This document shows, in pieces, positions 47,001 through 54,783 of a DNA stretch of 64,000 nt. The stretch lies in the NCBI GenBank assembly GCA_964577315.1, contig CAZNYT010000004.1:2482-66481 (forward strand), read 5' to 3'. Below the pieces are notes generated by a model that saw only the letters and a list, made by a program, of their open reading frames with translations, was not told where the DNA came from and did not search any database. The translations under genes and the position numbers were made by a program. Source of the stretch: an uncultured Desulfovibrionales bacterium (lineage in GTDB: Bacteria; Desulfobacterota; Desulfovibrionia; Desulfovibrionales; Desulfonatronovibrionaceae). Positions within the stretch are counted from its first letter, which is position 1. Every line of letters begins with the position of its first letter.

Positions 47001-48664
47001 ATATCCGGTCTGGACCCCAGGGTCATACGGGTGGAGAAATGCTCCGCTTCGCGCTGGCGGTCTATGGCCGGATTGGTGACCACTGCTACATTCTCCTTGA
47101 AAAAGTCTGCCAGATTGGGAAGGGATTCCGGGTTGAAGCAGGCTAGGGGGGCGGTATGGCCCATGGAACCAATGGCCTCCCTGCCGCCTTGGGCCACTCT
47201 TTTACGGATATTCAGGTCGTATTTCTGCCAGCCGTAGGCGGCAAGAATATTGCTGGTTGTAAGATTTTCCCCGGATACAAGGTTCAATTCCTGGCCGGTG
47301 AGCACTTCTTGGTCCGCATAAAAGGCGTTTTTAGGAATAGATCCCTTGGCTCCCGAAAGAGGTTGGGAGCATAGAAAAGAGGTTATTTTGTCGCTATCCA
47401 AGCGGTTTTGCATGATGCCCAGGAGTTGTTCCTGGTACATGCTGTAATCCAGGACCTGGGCCCTGCATTCCCTGCCGGTGCGAATGGCTATTTTTTCTCC
47501 GGGAGCCAAGGGCCTAGGATCGCGCATGTTATTTTTAAGGTCCACAACGCCTTTTTCAGAGGACAAGAAGTAGTGGGTATCGCTTTCCCCGAACCATAAG
47601 GGACGCAGGCCCAGGGCGTCCACGCTGCCCAGGCAGAGATCACCGTATCTGGCCACAATAGCTGCCGGTCCCTGGGCAGAAGAGGGGAAAAACCAGCGGT
47701 ACAGGGAATAAAGCCTTTTAAGCTCTTGGCGGTAGGAATCTGCCAGGCTGTTAATCGGAGGGAAAACCATTTCCAAAGCTTCCATCACGTCCAGGCCATG
47801 CTGGTGTATAAGCCCCTCCAGGATGCGGTTTAGGTTCTGGGAATCGCTGCCGCCGGGCACGAGCTTGATTCCCAGCATCCTGGCCGTGGTTTCCAGGCGT
47901 TCTATAGTATTGATTTCCCCGTTATGTCCCAGCAGGGAAAAGGGTTGGGAGCGCAGGACCGTGGGCAGGGTGTTTGTGGAATAGCGGCTGTGCCCCAGGG
48001 TCATGATGGAGAGCATGTCCGGGTCCCTTAGTTCCGGATAGACCTTGGGAAGCATGTCCGGATCTCCCTGGAGCTTATAAATAGCGCGGTCCAAGCTCAA
48101 GGATGCGGTTTCCAGCTCAGGTACTTTTTCTTCTAGCTTGGTCTGGGCAGTAAAGAGGTGTTTTGCTGCTGTGGGACGGGAGATTTCAGGGGCTATTCCT
48201 GCTACCTGCCAAAATAAAGGGGCTTCGGTAGAGGCTTTGGGACCAAGTTCCTGGTTGCGGGTATTACCTTCCAATTCCGTCAATAAATCAAAACCTTCAT
48301 CTTCAAGAATACGGCGGGTGTCATTTTGGATTTCCCCCCCCTGACTCTGGTGGCTTAGGGGCAGCAGGAAATGGCCCACGAAAAACCCACGGCTTTCCGA
48401 GAGATAGGGGTTCAGTCCGTCTGCTGCTAGACGCTTGCTCCAGATGGCCCTGGGCAAATCTGTGGAAATGCCGCAGCCGTCCCCTTCCCCTTGAATATCA
48501 CCGGAGCGGTGCCCCATTTTACGTAAACAATCTATGGTTTGAACAATATTGGCATGTGAAGGGTTGCCCTGTTTCTCTATCAAGGCTATAAGTGCGCATG
48601 CGTCCCGTTCTAAATTGTTGAATTCATGAAGCATAATGGATTCCCAATCGATGTTTGGCTCCAA
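44045..48664 (-). CDS. gltB: Glutamate synthase large chain (GltB-type, all four domains)
   Basis: 1539 aa. Ntn amidotransferase start LERDAC, an FMN/FeS domain, and a C-terminal GXGXG beta-helix domain. The true start is probably the ATG at 48634 (MLHEFNNLERDAC) rather than the TTG at 48664. Confidence 0.93.
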   Translation of the reverse strand: MEPNIDWESIMLHEFNNLERDACALIALIEKQGNPSHANIVQTIDCLRKMGHRSGDIQGEGDGCGISTDLPRAIWSKRLAADGLNPYLSESRGFFVGHFLLPLSHQSQGGEIQNDTRRILEDEGFDLLTELEGNTRNQELGPKASTEAPLFWQVAGIAPEISRPTAAKHLFTAQTKLEEKVPELETASLSLDRAIYKLQGDPDMLPKVYPELRDPDMLSIMTLGHSRYSTNTLPTVLRSQPFSLLGHNGEINTIERLETTARMLGIKLVPGGSDSQNLNRILEGLIHQHGLDVMEALEMVFPPINSLADSYRQELKRLYSLYRWFFPSSAQGPAAIVARYGDLCLGSVDALGLRPLWFGESDTHYFLSSEKGVVDLKNNMRDPRPLAPGEKIAIRTGRECRAQVLDYSMYQEQLLGIMQNRLDSDKITSFLCSQPLSGAKGSIPKNAFYADQEVLTGQELNLVSGENLTTSNILAAYGWQKYDLNIRKRVAQGGREAIGSMGHTAPLACFNPESLPNLADFFKENVAVVTNPAIDRQREAEHFSTRMTLGSRPDICQRNPVPPLGFEVETPLLLGGRGLEGILSLDREQELARKFNGALLEEVTSFFSGQGHDPHRIAVLDTTFDPEEGLEKALKDLADQAREQVRAGSMLLLLDDSSSFREGQVYIDPGLATAWVIEELVKSGLRRQASLVVRSGAVRNLHDIMFLVGLGAEAVNPYLLWRISASYAHEELSPFEAVQNTIKVLQAGMEKVMSTMGIHEICGYGRIFSSIGLTTDLAQKLQVSNFCASEDAGLGLEFMQNQARERLNRAASDTEQDLYSEPSRNPKVGRLLRKVALGKTGYAEMARSMEEIDRELPTGLRHLLSTREEEETNRLTQDNVDLSVGGHDLPLVIAAMSFGSQGENSFRAYALAARKANIVCLNGEGGEIPDMLGKFRHNRGQQIASGRFGVFMGLLNSTDYLEIKIGQGAKPGEGGHLPGTKVSSIVAEARKCKPGITLISPSNQHDIYSIEDLAQTITELKTAHPGAKVSVKIPVTSGVGTIAVGIAKAGADVINISGFEGGTGAAREHAKRYVGLPVEIGVKEAHRALSESGIREQVEIWCDGGVRNGHEVLKLVLLGANRVGLGTLALMGIGCVSCRRCHLDRCPMGISTQLRTKEQAEEKGVKGFWPRETEMEAENLSRLLGALGDELRMRLARMGISRLQDLVGRSDLLYQDIAGDKVDLAGLLQPPAQPVKDQQKESRNQVLRKPLNYLTKLISDLAMERFEAGDTRVSFAEDEVRSSDRAIGTYLAGAMERKYQDHKKLLASLRLGSSVPGNGLSAFGTSHLEVMVEGGSQDGAAKGSYGGSLGVLRGGNYQGLYIDGSTGKSFAYGAIQGLFMIQNMADSRACVRLSGADVVFGGRITSQVRDYLGNIAVRSHLKGFAFEYMTGGRAVVLGDPGPWICAGMTGGVVYQCLYPEYDFGQESVKIRLARGANVMITPVSQEGIQDIQDLLNPYIQELEKSLQTEEANAVRELLGQAGSRFVAIVPKPLWVKSAE

Positions 48665-48894
48665 GGTTCATGCCTTGAATAGCGCGTTAGAATCAAAATA
48701 AGCCCTGTAAACAATATTTCATATTTTAGTTAAAGCCTTTTGGCAACATTTTTGGATGGCTTTACTTGTATTGACAAAATTGTAAAAAATTTTGGGATGC
48801 AAAAAATAGCCAGATAAAGTATAAGATCAGCGTTTTTGGTTCAGGATCTATGTCCGCGAATTGGACCTGGGAGTATTATATCCTGGAGTGTAAT

Positions 48895-49185
48895 ACTACA
48901 ACGAAACTTATTATCCAGAGGTCCGAGGATTCTGCAAACAGGCCGTAAAAACTCGCTCCAAGGCAGCGTATATCAAAATCTATATTTCTGGTGACCCGAT
49001 TTCAGGAGGTGCTTGAATAGGGACCGTGAGCTTTTTATAGGCCTACGATTTTGATGAACGCTGCCTAAGTCGCTCACACAGTTTACGCCCAGTTTGCAGA
49101 ACCCTCGGACCTCGAGTACGAGTTGCTGCCATAATAGTAAGGCGGTTTATAAAGCCATGGTTATAGAACTAAGTTTCGTTGTAGT
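48895..49185. repeat. Repeat family 2, long copy: ~290-bp imperfect palindrome
   Basis: Termini are ACTACAACGAAACTTA ... TAAGTTTCGTTGTAGT. The arms also pair internally (GGTCCGAGGATTCTGCAAAC / GTTTGCAGAACCCTCGGACC, and CAAGGCAGCGTATATCAAAATC / GATTTTGATGAACGCTGCCTAAG). It is related to 56638-56741. Confidence 0.8.
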
Positions 49186-49274
49186 GGTAAGGGATGATTA
49201 TTTAGGATCAGCATAAGGTAAAGGAAATGTTTGGTGCTTAAGGAGCCTGGAGTAAAAAACAAAGTGAGGTAGCC

Positions 49275-50636
49275 ATGCTGTATCAATTGGGTAGGGAAAG
49301 CTGGGCAACGCGAGCAGGTTTTATCTTGGCTGCTGCCGGATCAGCAGTGGGACTGGGCAATATCTGGCGTTTTCCGTACATGGTCGGGGAGCACGGCGGT
49401 GCTGCTTTTTTGATTATTTATCTCGTAGCCATTGTTCTCATCGGTTATCCAGTGATGATCAATGAGATTGTCTTGGGCCGCAAGACCCATCGCAATCCGG
49501 TTGGTGCATTCAAGGCCCTGGCTCCGGGATCCCCTTGGTGGCTGGTAGGCGCGTTAGGGGTTCTCACTGGATTTGTGATTCTTTCCTACTATTCCGTAGT
49601 AGCAGGCTGGTCCCTGGCATATATTTACAAAGTTGTCATTTCCACTGCTGGAGACGTGGATCATGCTCAAGTGTTCATGGGGCATATCAGCAGCGTCTGG
49701 GAGCCCATAATCTGGCAGGGGATATTCATGGTCTTGACCGTAAGCATCATCTCTGCAGGGGTAGTGCGGGGCATTCAGAGATGGGTGACCATTCTTATGC
49801 CTGTGATCTTGATTCTGTTGGGCATCTTGATTCTTCGCGCCGTGACCTTGCCCGGAGCCGGGGAAGGTCTTGCCTACTACATGCAACCCAATTTCGAGGA
49901 TATAACATCCAGGACCTTCCTGGCAGCCATAGCCCAGGCCTTTTTTACCCTGAGCCTAGGCATGGGGGCCATTATTACCTACGGCAGCTACCTCCGGGAC
50001 AAGGATGAGATTCCGGCAAACTCCGGGTATATAGTGGGTTTGGATACCGGGGTGGCTCTGCTGGCTGGCTTGGCCATCTTTCCAGCGGTTTTTGCACTGG
50101 GTTTTTCTCCAGAGGAAGGGCCGGGACTGGTTTTCATTACCCTGCCCGGGGTGTTCGCAGAGATGCCCATGGGGGTGGTTTTCGGGGTTTTGTTTTTTGT
50201 TCTGCTTAGTATAGCAGCCTTAACCTCGGCGATCTCTCTATTGGAAGTAGTAACTGCCTGGCTTATAGATGAAAAGGGCTGGACCCGGAAAGGAGCCGCA
50301 GTTGTTATGGGCTTGCTCATTTTTGTGGTGGGTTTGCCTTCCACTTTGGGCTACAGCGTGTGGAGCGGGGTTTCCTTTCCTGGGCTGGGCACCGATATAC
50401 TGGATACTTATGACTGGTTTGCCAACAGCATTCTGCTGCCCCTGGGCGGTTTGCTCACAGCCATATTTGTGGGGTATATCTGGGGAGCCAGGGCGGCGGT
50501 GCACGAGGCGAACAAGAGCAAGTCCAGGATCGCACTGGGTACCTGGTGGGTGGTGCTCATCCGCTACGTGGTCCCGGTCTTGATCGTGGTGATCATGATC
50601 ATGGGGATATACGATTCCCTGGCTGGAAATGGTTGA
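49275..50636 (+). CDS. Sodium-dependent transporter, NSS (SNF) family
   Basis: 453 aa with the N-terminal NSS signature AAGSAVGLGNIWRFPY and ~11-12 TM segments. Confidence 0.9.
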   Translation: MLYQLGRESWATRAGFILAAAGSAVGLGNIWRFPYMVGEHGGAAFLIIYLVAIVLIGYPVMINEIVLGRKTHRNPVGAFKALAPGSPWWLVGALGVLTGFVILSYYSVVAGWSLAYIYKVVISTAGDVDHAQVFMGHISSVWEPIIWQGIFMVLTVSIISAGVVRGIQRWVTILMPVILILLGILILRAVTLPGAGEGLAYYMQPNFEDITSRTFLAAIAQAFFTLSLGMGAIITYGSYLRDKDEIPANSGYIVGLDTGVALLAGLAIFPAVFALGFSPEEGPGLVFITLPGVFAEMPMGVVFGVLFFVLLSIAALTSAISLLEVVTAWLIDEKGWTRKGAAVVMGLLIFVVGLPSTLGYSVWSGVSFPGLGTDILDTYDWFANSILLPLGGLLTAIFVGYIWGARAAVHEANKSKSRIALGTWWVVLIRYVVPVLIVVIMIMGIYDSLAGNG

Positions 50637-50678
50637 TGCTTGGTGTGACTGTAGTAATAAGCATCTAGTCTTTCTTAT

Positions 50679-50781
50679 TGTTCCCACGCTCTGCGTGGGA
50701 ACATTCCCCTCCCCGGACGCTCCGCGTCCATAATGACCGCAGGAGCGGTCAGGATACGTTCCCACTCAGAGCGTGGGAACG
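50679..50781. repeat. REP-like cluster of four consecutive GC-rich hairpins
   Basis: TGTTCCCACGCTCTGCGTGGGAACA (50679-50703), GGACGCtccGCGTCC (50715-50729), GACCGCaggaGCGGTC (50735-50750), CGTTCCCACTCAGAGCGTGGGAACG (50757-50781). It probably also terminates the NSS gene. Confidence 0.8.
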
Positions 50782-50819
50782 ATAACAGGTCTGTCACGCA
50801 TCACAGTACAGGTGAATTT

Positions 50820-51230
50820 ATGTCCGGTAAAGATGTTCAAGAGTTCCTGGAAGAGTGGACCCATGACCCGCGTGGGGTTCGGCCTGTATTCCAGGCCCTT
50901 GCCGAGTATTTGAAGGAGAGGGGCGCGGTCACGGAGCTCAAAGTCCGCCCCGAAGTGAGCATCAGCCTGCGGGCGGGATTGGCAGAGCAGAAGGTGCGCC
51001 CCCTTTTTTGTCTCGTGGACGTAGTGGAGGACGCTGAGGGGCGCTGGCTTTCGGTGTGTTTTTATGCCCAGGCGGTGACCGATCCTGAGGAACGCGGGGA
51101 TGTCGTGCCCCAAGGGCTTTTGGGGGAGGACGGCTATTGTTTTGACGTGGACTCCCCGGATCCGGAGTTGGAAAGGTACTTAAAGCCCAGGATAGAGGAG
51201 TCCGTAAGATTTGCCAGGAACCAGGGCTGA
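50820..51230 (+). CDS. Hypothetical protein (136 aa)
   Basis: ORF from the ATG at 50820. The upstream part of the track ORF is the REP cluster. No recognisable motif. Confidence 0.5.
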   Translation: MSGKDVQEFLEEWTHDPRGVRPVFQALAEYLKERGAVTELKVRPEVSISLRAGLAEQKVRPLFCLVDVVEDAEGRWLSVCFYAQAVTDPEERGDVVPQGLLGEDGYCFDVDSPDPELERYLKPRIEESVRFARNQG

Positions 51231-51242
51231 TGCAGGCGCACT

Positions 51243-52136
51243 CTAACTGTTTAGCCCCTTCAGGTAATTAATAGCGGATTTGGCTGCTATAGCTCCTTCA
51301 CCCACGGCCACGCTTATCTGCAAAAAGCGTCCCACGCAGTCCCCGGCGGCAAACACCCCGGGCACGTTTGTTTTTTGGGCGTGATCTGCCTCGATAAATA
51401 CCCCTTGAGTGATAATGCCCAGGGAATAGGCAAAGTCCAAAGAGGAGGCCTCGCCCATGGCTACAAACAATCCATCTATCTCCATCTTGGAGCCATCCTC
51501 CAGAATGGCTTTTTCCAGTACCTGTTCCCCTTCCAAGTGAGTGATCTTGTGAGTCAATACAGGGATCTCGGCCTTGTTCAGCCTCTCCAGATAATGTTCC
51601 GGGATAGTAGGCTGCTTCCCCTGGCTGCATATGCTTACGTCAGGGGTGTATTCCTTGAGCTCCAGGGCCTGGTTGGCTGCGAACACCCCTTCGCCTACCA
51701 CCACTACCTTTTTGTTCCGGAAAAAGAAGGCGTCGCAGCTTACGCAATAAGAAACGCCCTTGCCCTCGTATTGGGAAAGATTCTTGATTCCGGGCCGGAT
51801 CCTGCTCACCCCAGTGGAAAGGATTACGGATCTGCCAAGGTATTCGTTCTGATCGGTCTTGATCTTGAAGGTCTGCTCCGGATCCTGGTGTATGGCCAGC
51901 ACTTTTTCACAGCTTAGTTCAGCCCCGAATTTGGCGGCATGCTTGCACCCCAGCTCGATAAGCTCGTTGCCCTTAATTCCCTCCGGGAACCCGAAATAAT
52001 TATCTATGTCGTAGTTGCCTGCCACCTTAGGCTCGCATCCCAAGATCAGGGTATCCAGTCCCGCCCTGGCAGTATATATGGCTGCGGAAAGACCTGCCGG
52101 CCCCTGCCCAATGATCACCACGTCCCTGGTACGCAT
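51243..52136 (-). CDS. trxB: Thioredoxin-disulfide reductase-like flavoprotein
   Basis: 297 aa with FAD motif IIGQGPAGLSAAIY, redox CxxC (CVSC), an NAD(P) motif VVVGEG and a C-terminal GDC motif. Confidence 0.8.
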   Translation of the reverse strand: MRTRDVVIIGQGPAGLSAAIYTARAGLDTLILGCEPKVAGNYDIDNYFGFPEGIKGNELIELGCKHAAKFGAELSCEKVLAIHQDPEQTFKIKTDQNEYLGRSVILSTGVSRIRPGIKNLSQYEGKGVSYCVSCDAFFFRNKKVVVVGEGVFAANQALELKEYTPDVSICSQGKQPTIPEHYLERLNKAEIPVLTHKITHLEGEQVLEKAILEDGSKMEIDGLFVAMGEASSLDFAYSLGIITQGVFIEADHAQKTNVPGVFAAGDCVGRFLQISVAVGEGAIAAKSAINYLKGLNS

Positions 52137-52623
52137 AATATTCTCCTTTAAATTTTGGGTTAAAAATGGGGGACAGTTGCTAAAGTTTTACGATTCCTCG
52201 ACATAATAAGTGGATTAGAACAAATAGTTCAGCAGTTTTTTTCTTGCGTTAAACGAATCTTAAAGCGGACGGGAGACATCCTCATAGCTGCTGCCCTACA
52301 GCAGATAAGGGGATTAATCCATCTGCGTAGATCTGTTTACCCCTTGAAATTTCTTCCATTTCACTGAGGCGAGATCTGCGGTTAAGTTCTTCTGGCTTCA
52401 TTCTTCAAGCATCAGGGCAAAGATAAAGATTTTTTAGCCGCCCCAGATAAATCCTCTTCGAGGGCTTACGCATTTAACGGGATAAACTGATCACGCTGAT
52501 TTACGCTGATAAGAGAGCTTTATTTCTGGTTCATGGACATTAATGAGTGGATTTGTACAAAATCCACGGCTAACCGAAGAGCCAGTTTTATGAGGTCAGA
52601 TAAGTTTAGTGTTTATCCTGGAG

Positions 52624-52965
52624 TTAACAAGGCCATATGGAGCGGTTCTCCATATCGTAGAACCTGGTCTTGAGCCATTCACCGTAACTGAGAACTTCTC
52701 CCTCCTGCACTGGACAATCCATAAACTCTGAAACCAGCCTGGAGTCCTGAAGCAGAGTAGGTCGAATGTCTTTTCCCAGAAGCATGTCCTTAGCCTCGTT
52801 TATAAGGGCTGCGAAACTGTCCGCCCAGGCATTATCCGGATTCTTGTCCGGATGATGCAGGGTGATCATTCGGTAATAGGAATACAGTATTTCGGATCTG
52901 GAAGCACAAATGTCCACTCCCAAAATTTCCGAGGCCATTTGCATGTGATTCTTTAAAAGAGTCAT
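52624..52965 (-). CDS. J-domain (DnaJ-like) protein
   Basis: 113 aa with YYRMITLHHPDKNPD (HPD motif) and no further DnaJ domains. Confidence 0.7.
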   Translation of the reverse strand: MTLLKNHMQMASEILGVDICASRSEILYSYYRMITLHHPDKNPDNAWADSFAALINEAKDMLLGKDIRPTLLQDSRLVSEFMDCPVQEGEVLSYGEWLKTRFYDMENRSIWPC

Positions 52966-53133
52966 AATACGTTCCTGGTAGCAATGACTAATGTGAAGAT
53001 CAATGTTGTAGTTATTTCAGTGATAGTGAGTTCCCAACAATGTACAAGCTATTTGTACCTCCTGTTTTGATATTCTCCCTTGATACCAGGAGGTGAAAAG
53101 CCCTGCCTTGACCTAGGTCAATTCCGTGCAAAA

Positions 53134-53883
53134 TCATGCAGCGGTGTCTGGCTCAGGGCTTTCTGCAGGTTGTTTTGCGCTCTGGGCACCGTATTGCAGG
53201 GCATTGGTGGGACATGCTCCCACACACCGCATACAGCGCATGCACCGAGTGGAGAGACGGGCCGGCTCCTTGGTCTGCTTCACTTGTTCAATAGCGGGCT
53301 CCAGGATGCCGCCCAAGGGACAAGCCTGGGTACAGGTCTTACAGCTCTTGCATTCCGGGCCTATGCTCATCTGATACCTGGCGGTGCGTCCGAGCTGGGC
53401 CCCCAAAACCCCCCAGGGACAGATATGGGAGCAGAATCCCCTGGGATAGTACAGTCCTCCCAGAATGGTGGCCAAGGTGACCTGAACCCCCATCATGCCT
53501 AGGGGAACCAGCCAGACCCATTGGGATCCGGTTACGTTCCAGTGCAAAAAGGCAAATGCGCTCAGGAATACCAAAGTGAAACCGTATCCGAACCATGGAT
53601 GTGCTAAAATCCGGGGCAGTTTCTTGTTTCTGGAAAAACGGCTCACACCATGATCTATCCAGGCCCCGTTGGGGCAGATCCAACCGCAGAAGACCCGCCC
53701 TGCGAACAAGGCGGCCAATAAGGCCCCGATCACGAACAGGATGTTGAAATAAAAGATGCTCAGGCCCAGCAGCAATGCGGACAGAAGTATGGCGAAGAGC
53801 TGGGTGGTGTTGCGGATATTCTGGAACATGGACTTGGCTTGAGTACAGCTTGATCCGTTGTTCCTGGATTTGGTTCTGGCCAT
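53134..53883 (-). CDS. Membrane-bound 4Fe-4S protein, NapH/MauN-like
   Basis: 249 aa with TM helices, two CxxCP motifs (FCGWICPNG, FCSHICPWG) and two ferredoxin motifs (CKSCKTCTQACP, CMRCMRCVGACP). Confidence 0.8.
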   Translation of the reverse strand: MARTKSRNNGSSCTQAKSMFQNIRNTTQLFAILLSALLLGLSIFYFNILFVIGALLAALFAGRVFCGWICPNGAWIDHGVSRFSRNKKLPRILAHPWFGYGFTLVFLSAFAFLHWNVTGSQWVWLVPLGMMGVQVTLATILGGLYYPRGFCSHICPWGVLGAQLGRTARYQMSIGPECKSCKTCTQACPLGGILEPAIEQVKQTKEPARLSTRCMRCMRCVGACPTNALQYGAQSAKQPAESPEPDTAA

Positions 53884-53922
53884 GCTCTCCTCCTGGATGA
53901 ATTTTCGGTGTTAAAGTTTTTT

Positions 53923-54591
53923 TCAGTAACTGGTTTCTATGGTTAAACCAGCTGCCTGCCACTCATGCACTCCCTCCGGAATGCGCACGGCATCAAATCC
54001 CTGGGAGCGCAAAACCTCCACTGCTTCACTGGCCAGAAGACAGTACGGTCCACGGCAGTAGGCCACAATCTTGCGCTCCTTGGGTAGCTCGGACAAGCGC
54101 GTATCCAACTCCTGCAGGGGGACGGATATTGCGCCAGGAATGTGCCCAGCCCGGTATTCTTCAGCAGGGCGGACATCCAGCACAGTGATCTCGTCCTCCT
54201 GCACCCGCTGCTTAAGACCTTGACGGTCCAGCCTTTCCAAATACGGGTCGTTGTTGATGACTTCCCGGACTATGTTTTGAAATTCGGCCAAGCGTTTTTC
54301 AGCCAGGGTGCACAAGGAGCGGAAAAATTCACATACTGACTGGTCTGCGATATGGTAAGTCACGTGCTGGGCCTGCTTATTTGCATCTATGAGTCTGGAT
54401 TCGCGCAATATCTGCAGGTGCCTGGAGGTATTGGCCAAGCTCAGTCCGGCTTCCCGGGCTAGGTTGTCCACGGTGCGCGGTCCGTGGCGCAAAAGATCCA
54501 CGAGCTCCAGTCTCTTGGGGCTGGACAGGGCTTTTCCCACCCGGGCTAATTGTTCGTATATGCTGTTCTTGATTTCGGTTCGGTGTTTCAT
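53923..54591 (-). CDS. ArsR/SmtB-family regulator fused to a rhodanese domain
   Basis: 222 aa. The N-terminal wHTH has LSSPKRLELVDLL...ANTSRHLQIL. The C-terminal rhodanese has the active-site loop AYCRGPYC. Confidence 0.85.
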   Translation of the reverse strand: MKHRTEIKNSIYEQLARVGKALSSPKRLELVDLLRHGPRTVDNLAREAGLSLANTSRHLQILRESRLIDANKQAQHVTYHIADQSVCEFFRSLCTLAEKRLAEFQNIVREVINNDPYLERLDRQGLKQRVQEDEITVLDVRPAEEYRAGHIPGAISVPLQELDTRLSELPKERKIVAYCRGPYCLLASEAVEVLRSQGFDAVRIPEGVHEWQAAGLTIETSY

Positions 54592-54618
54592 TTTTGACTC
54601 CAGCTAACGCTACATAGC

Positions 54619-54654
54619 TATTCATTATTCAATTGATCAATTGAATAATGAATA
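54619..54654. promoter_or_regulatory. Perfect 36-bp palindrome, candidate operator of the ArsR-rhodanese regulator
   Basis: TATTCATTATTCAATTGA|TCAATTGAATAATGAATA lies 28 nt upstream of the regulator ATG. On the minus strand it overlaps a candidate promoter (TTGACA-17-TATTCA). Confidence 0.7.
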
Positions 54655-54713
54655 AAAAAAAGTCTGTCAAGCAAATTTTCTCAAAAAAGAGTTGCTCGCG
54701 GGTTCAAGAGAAA

Positions 54714-54750
54714 CCGCCCCTGGCTTTGTCCTGAATCAGGGCAGGGGCGG
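54714..54750 (-). terminator. Intrinsic terminator after the radical SAM/SPASM gene
   Basis: Minus strand: CCGCCCCTG-ccctgattcaggacaaagc-CAGGGGCGG followed by TTTCTCTT, 34 nt after the stop at 54784. Confidence 0.7.
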
Positions 54751-54783
54751 TGTGCTGTAGGAAGGTGCCTGACGAATTTGTGG

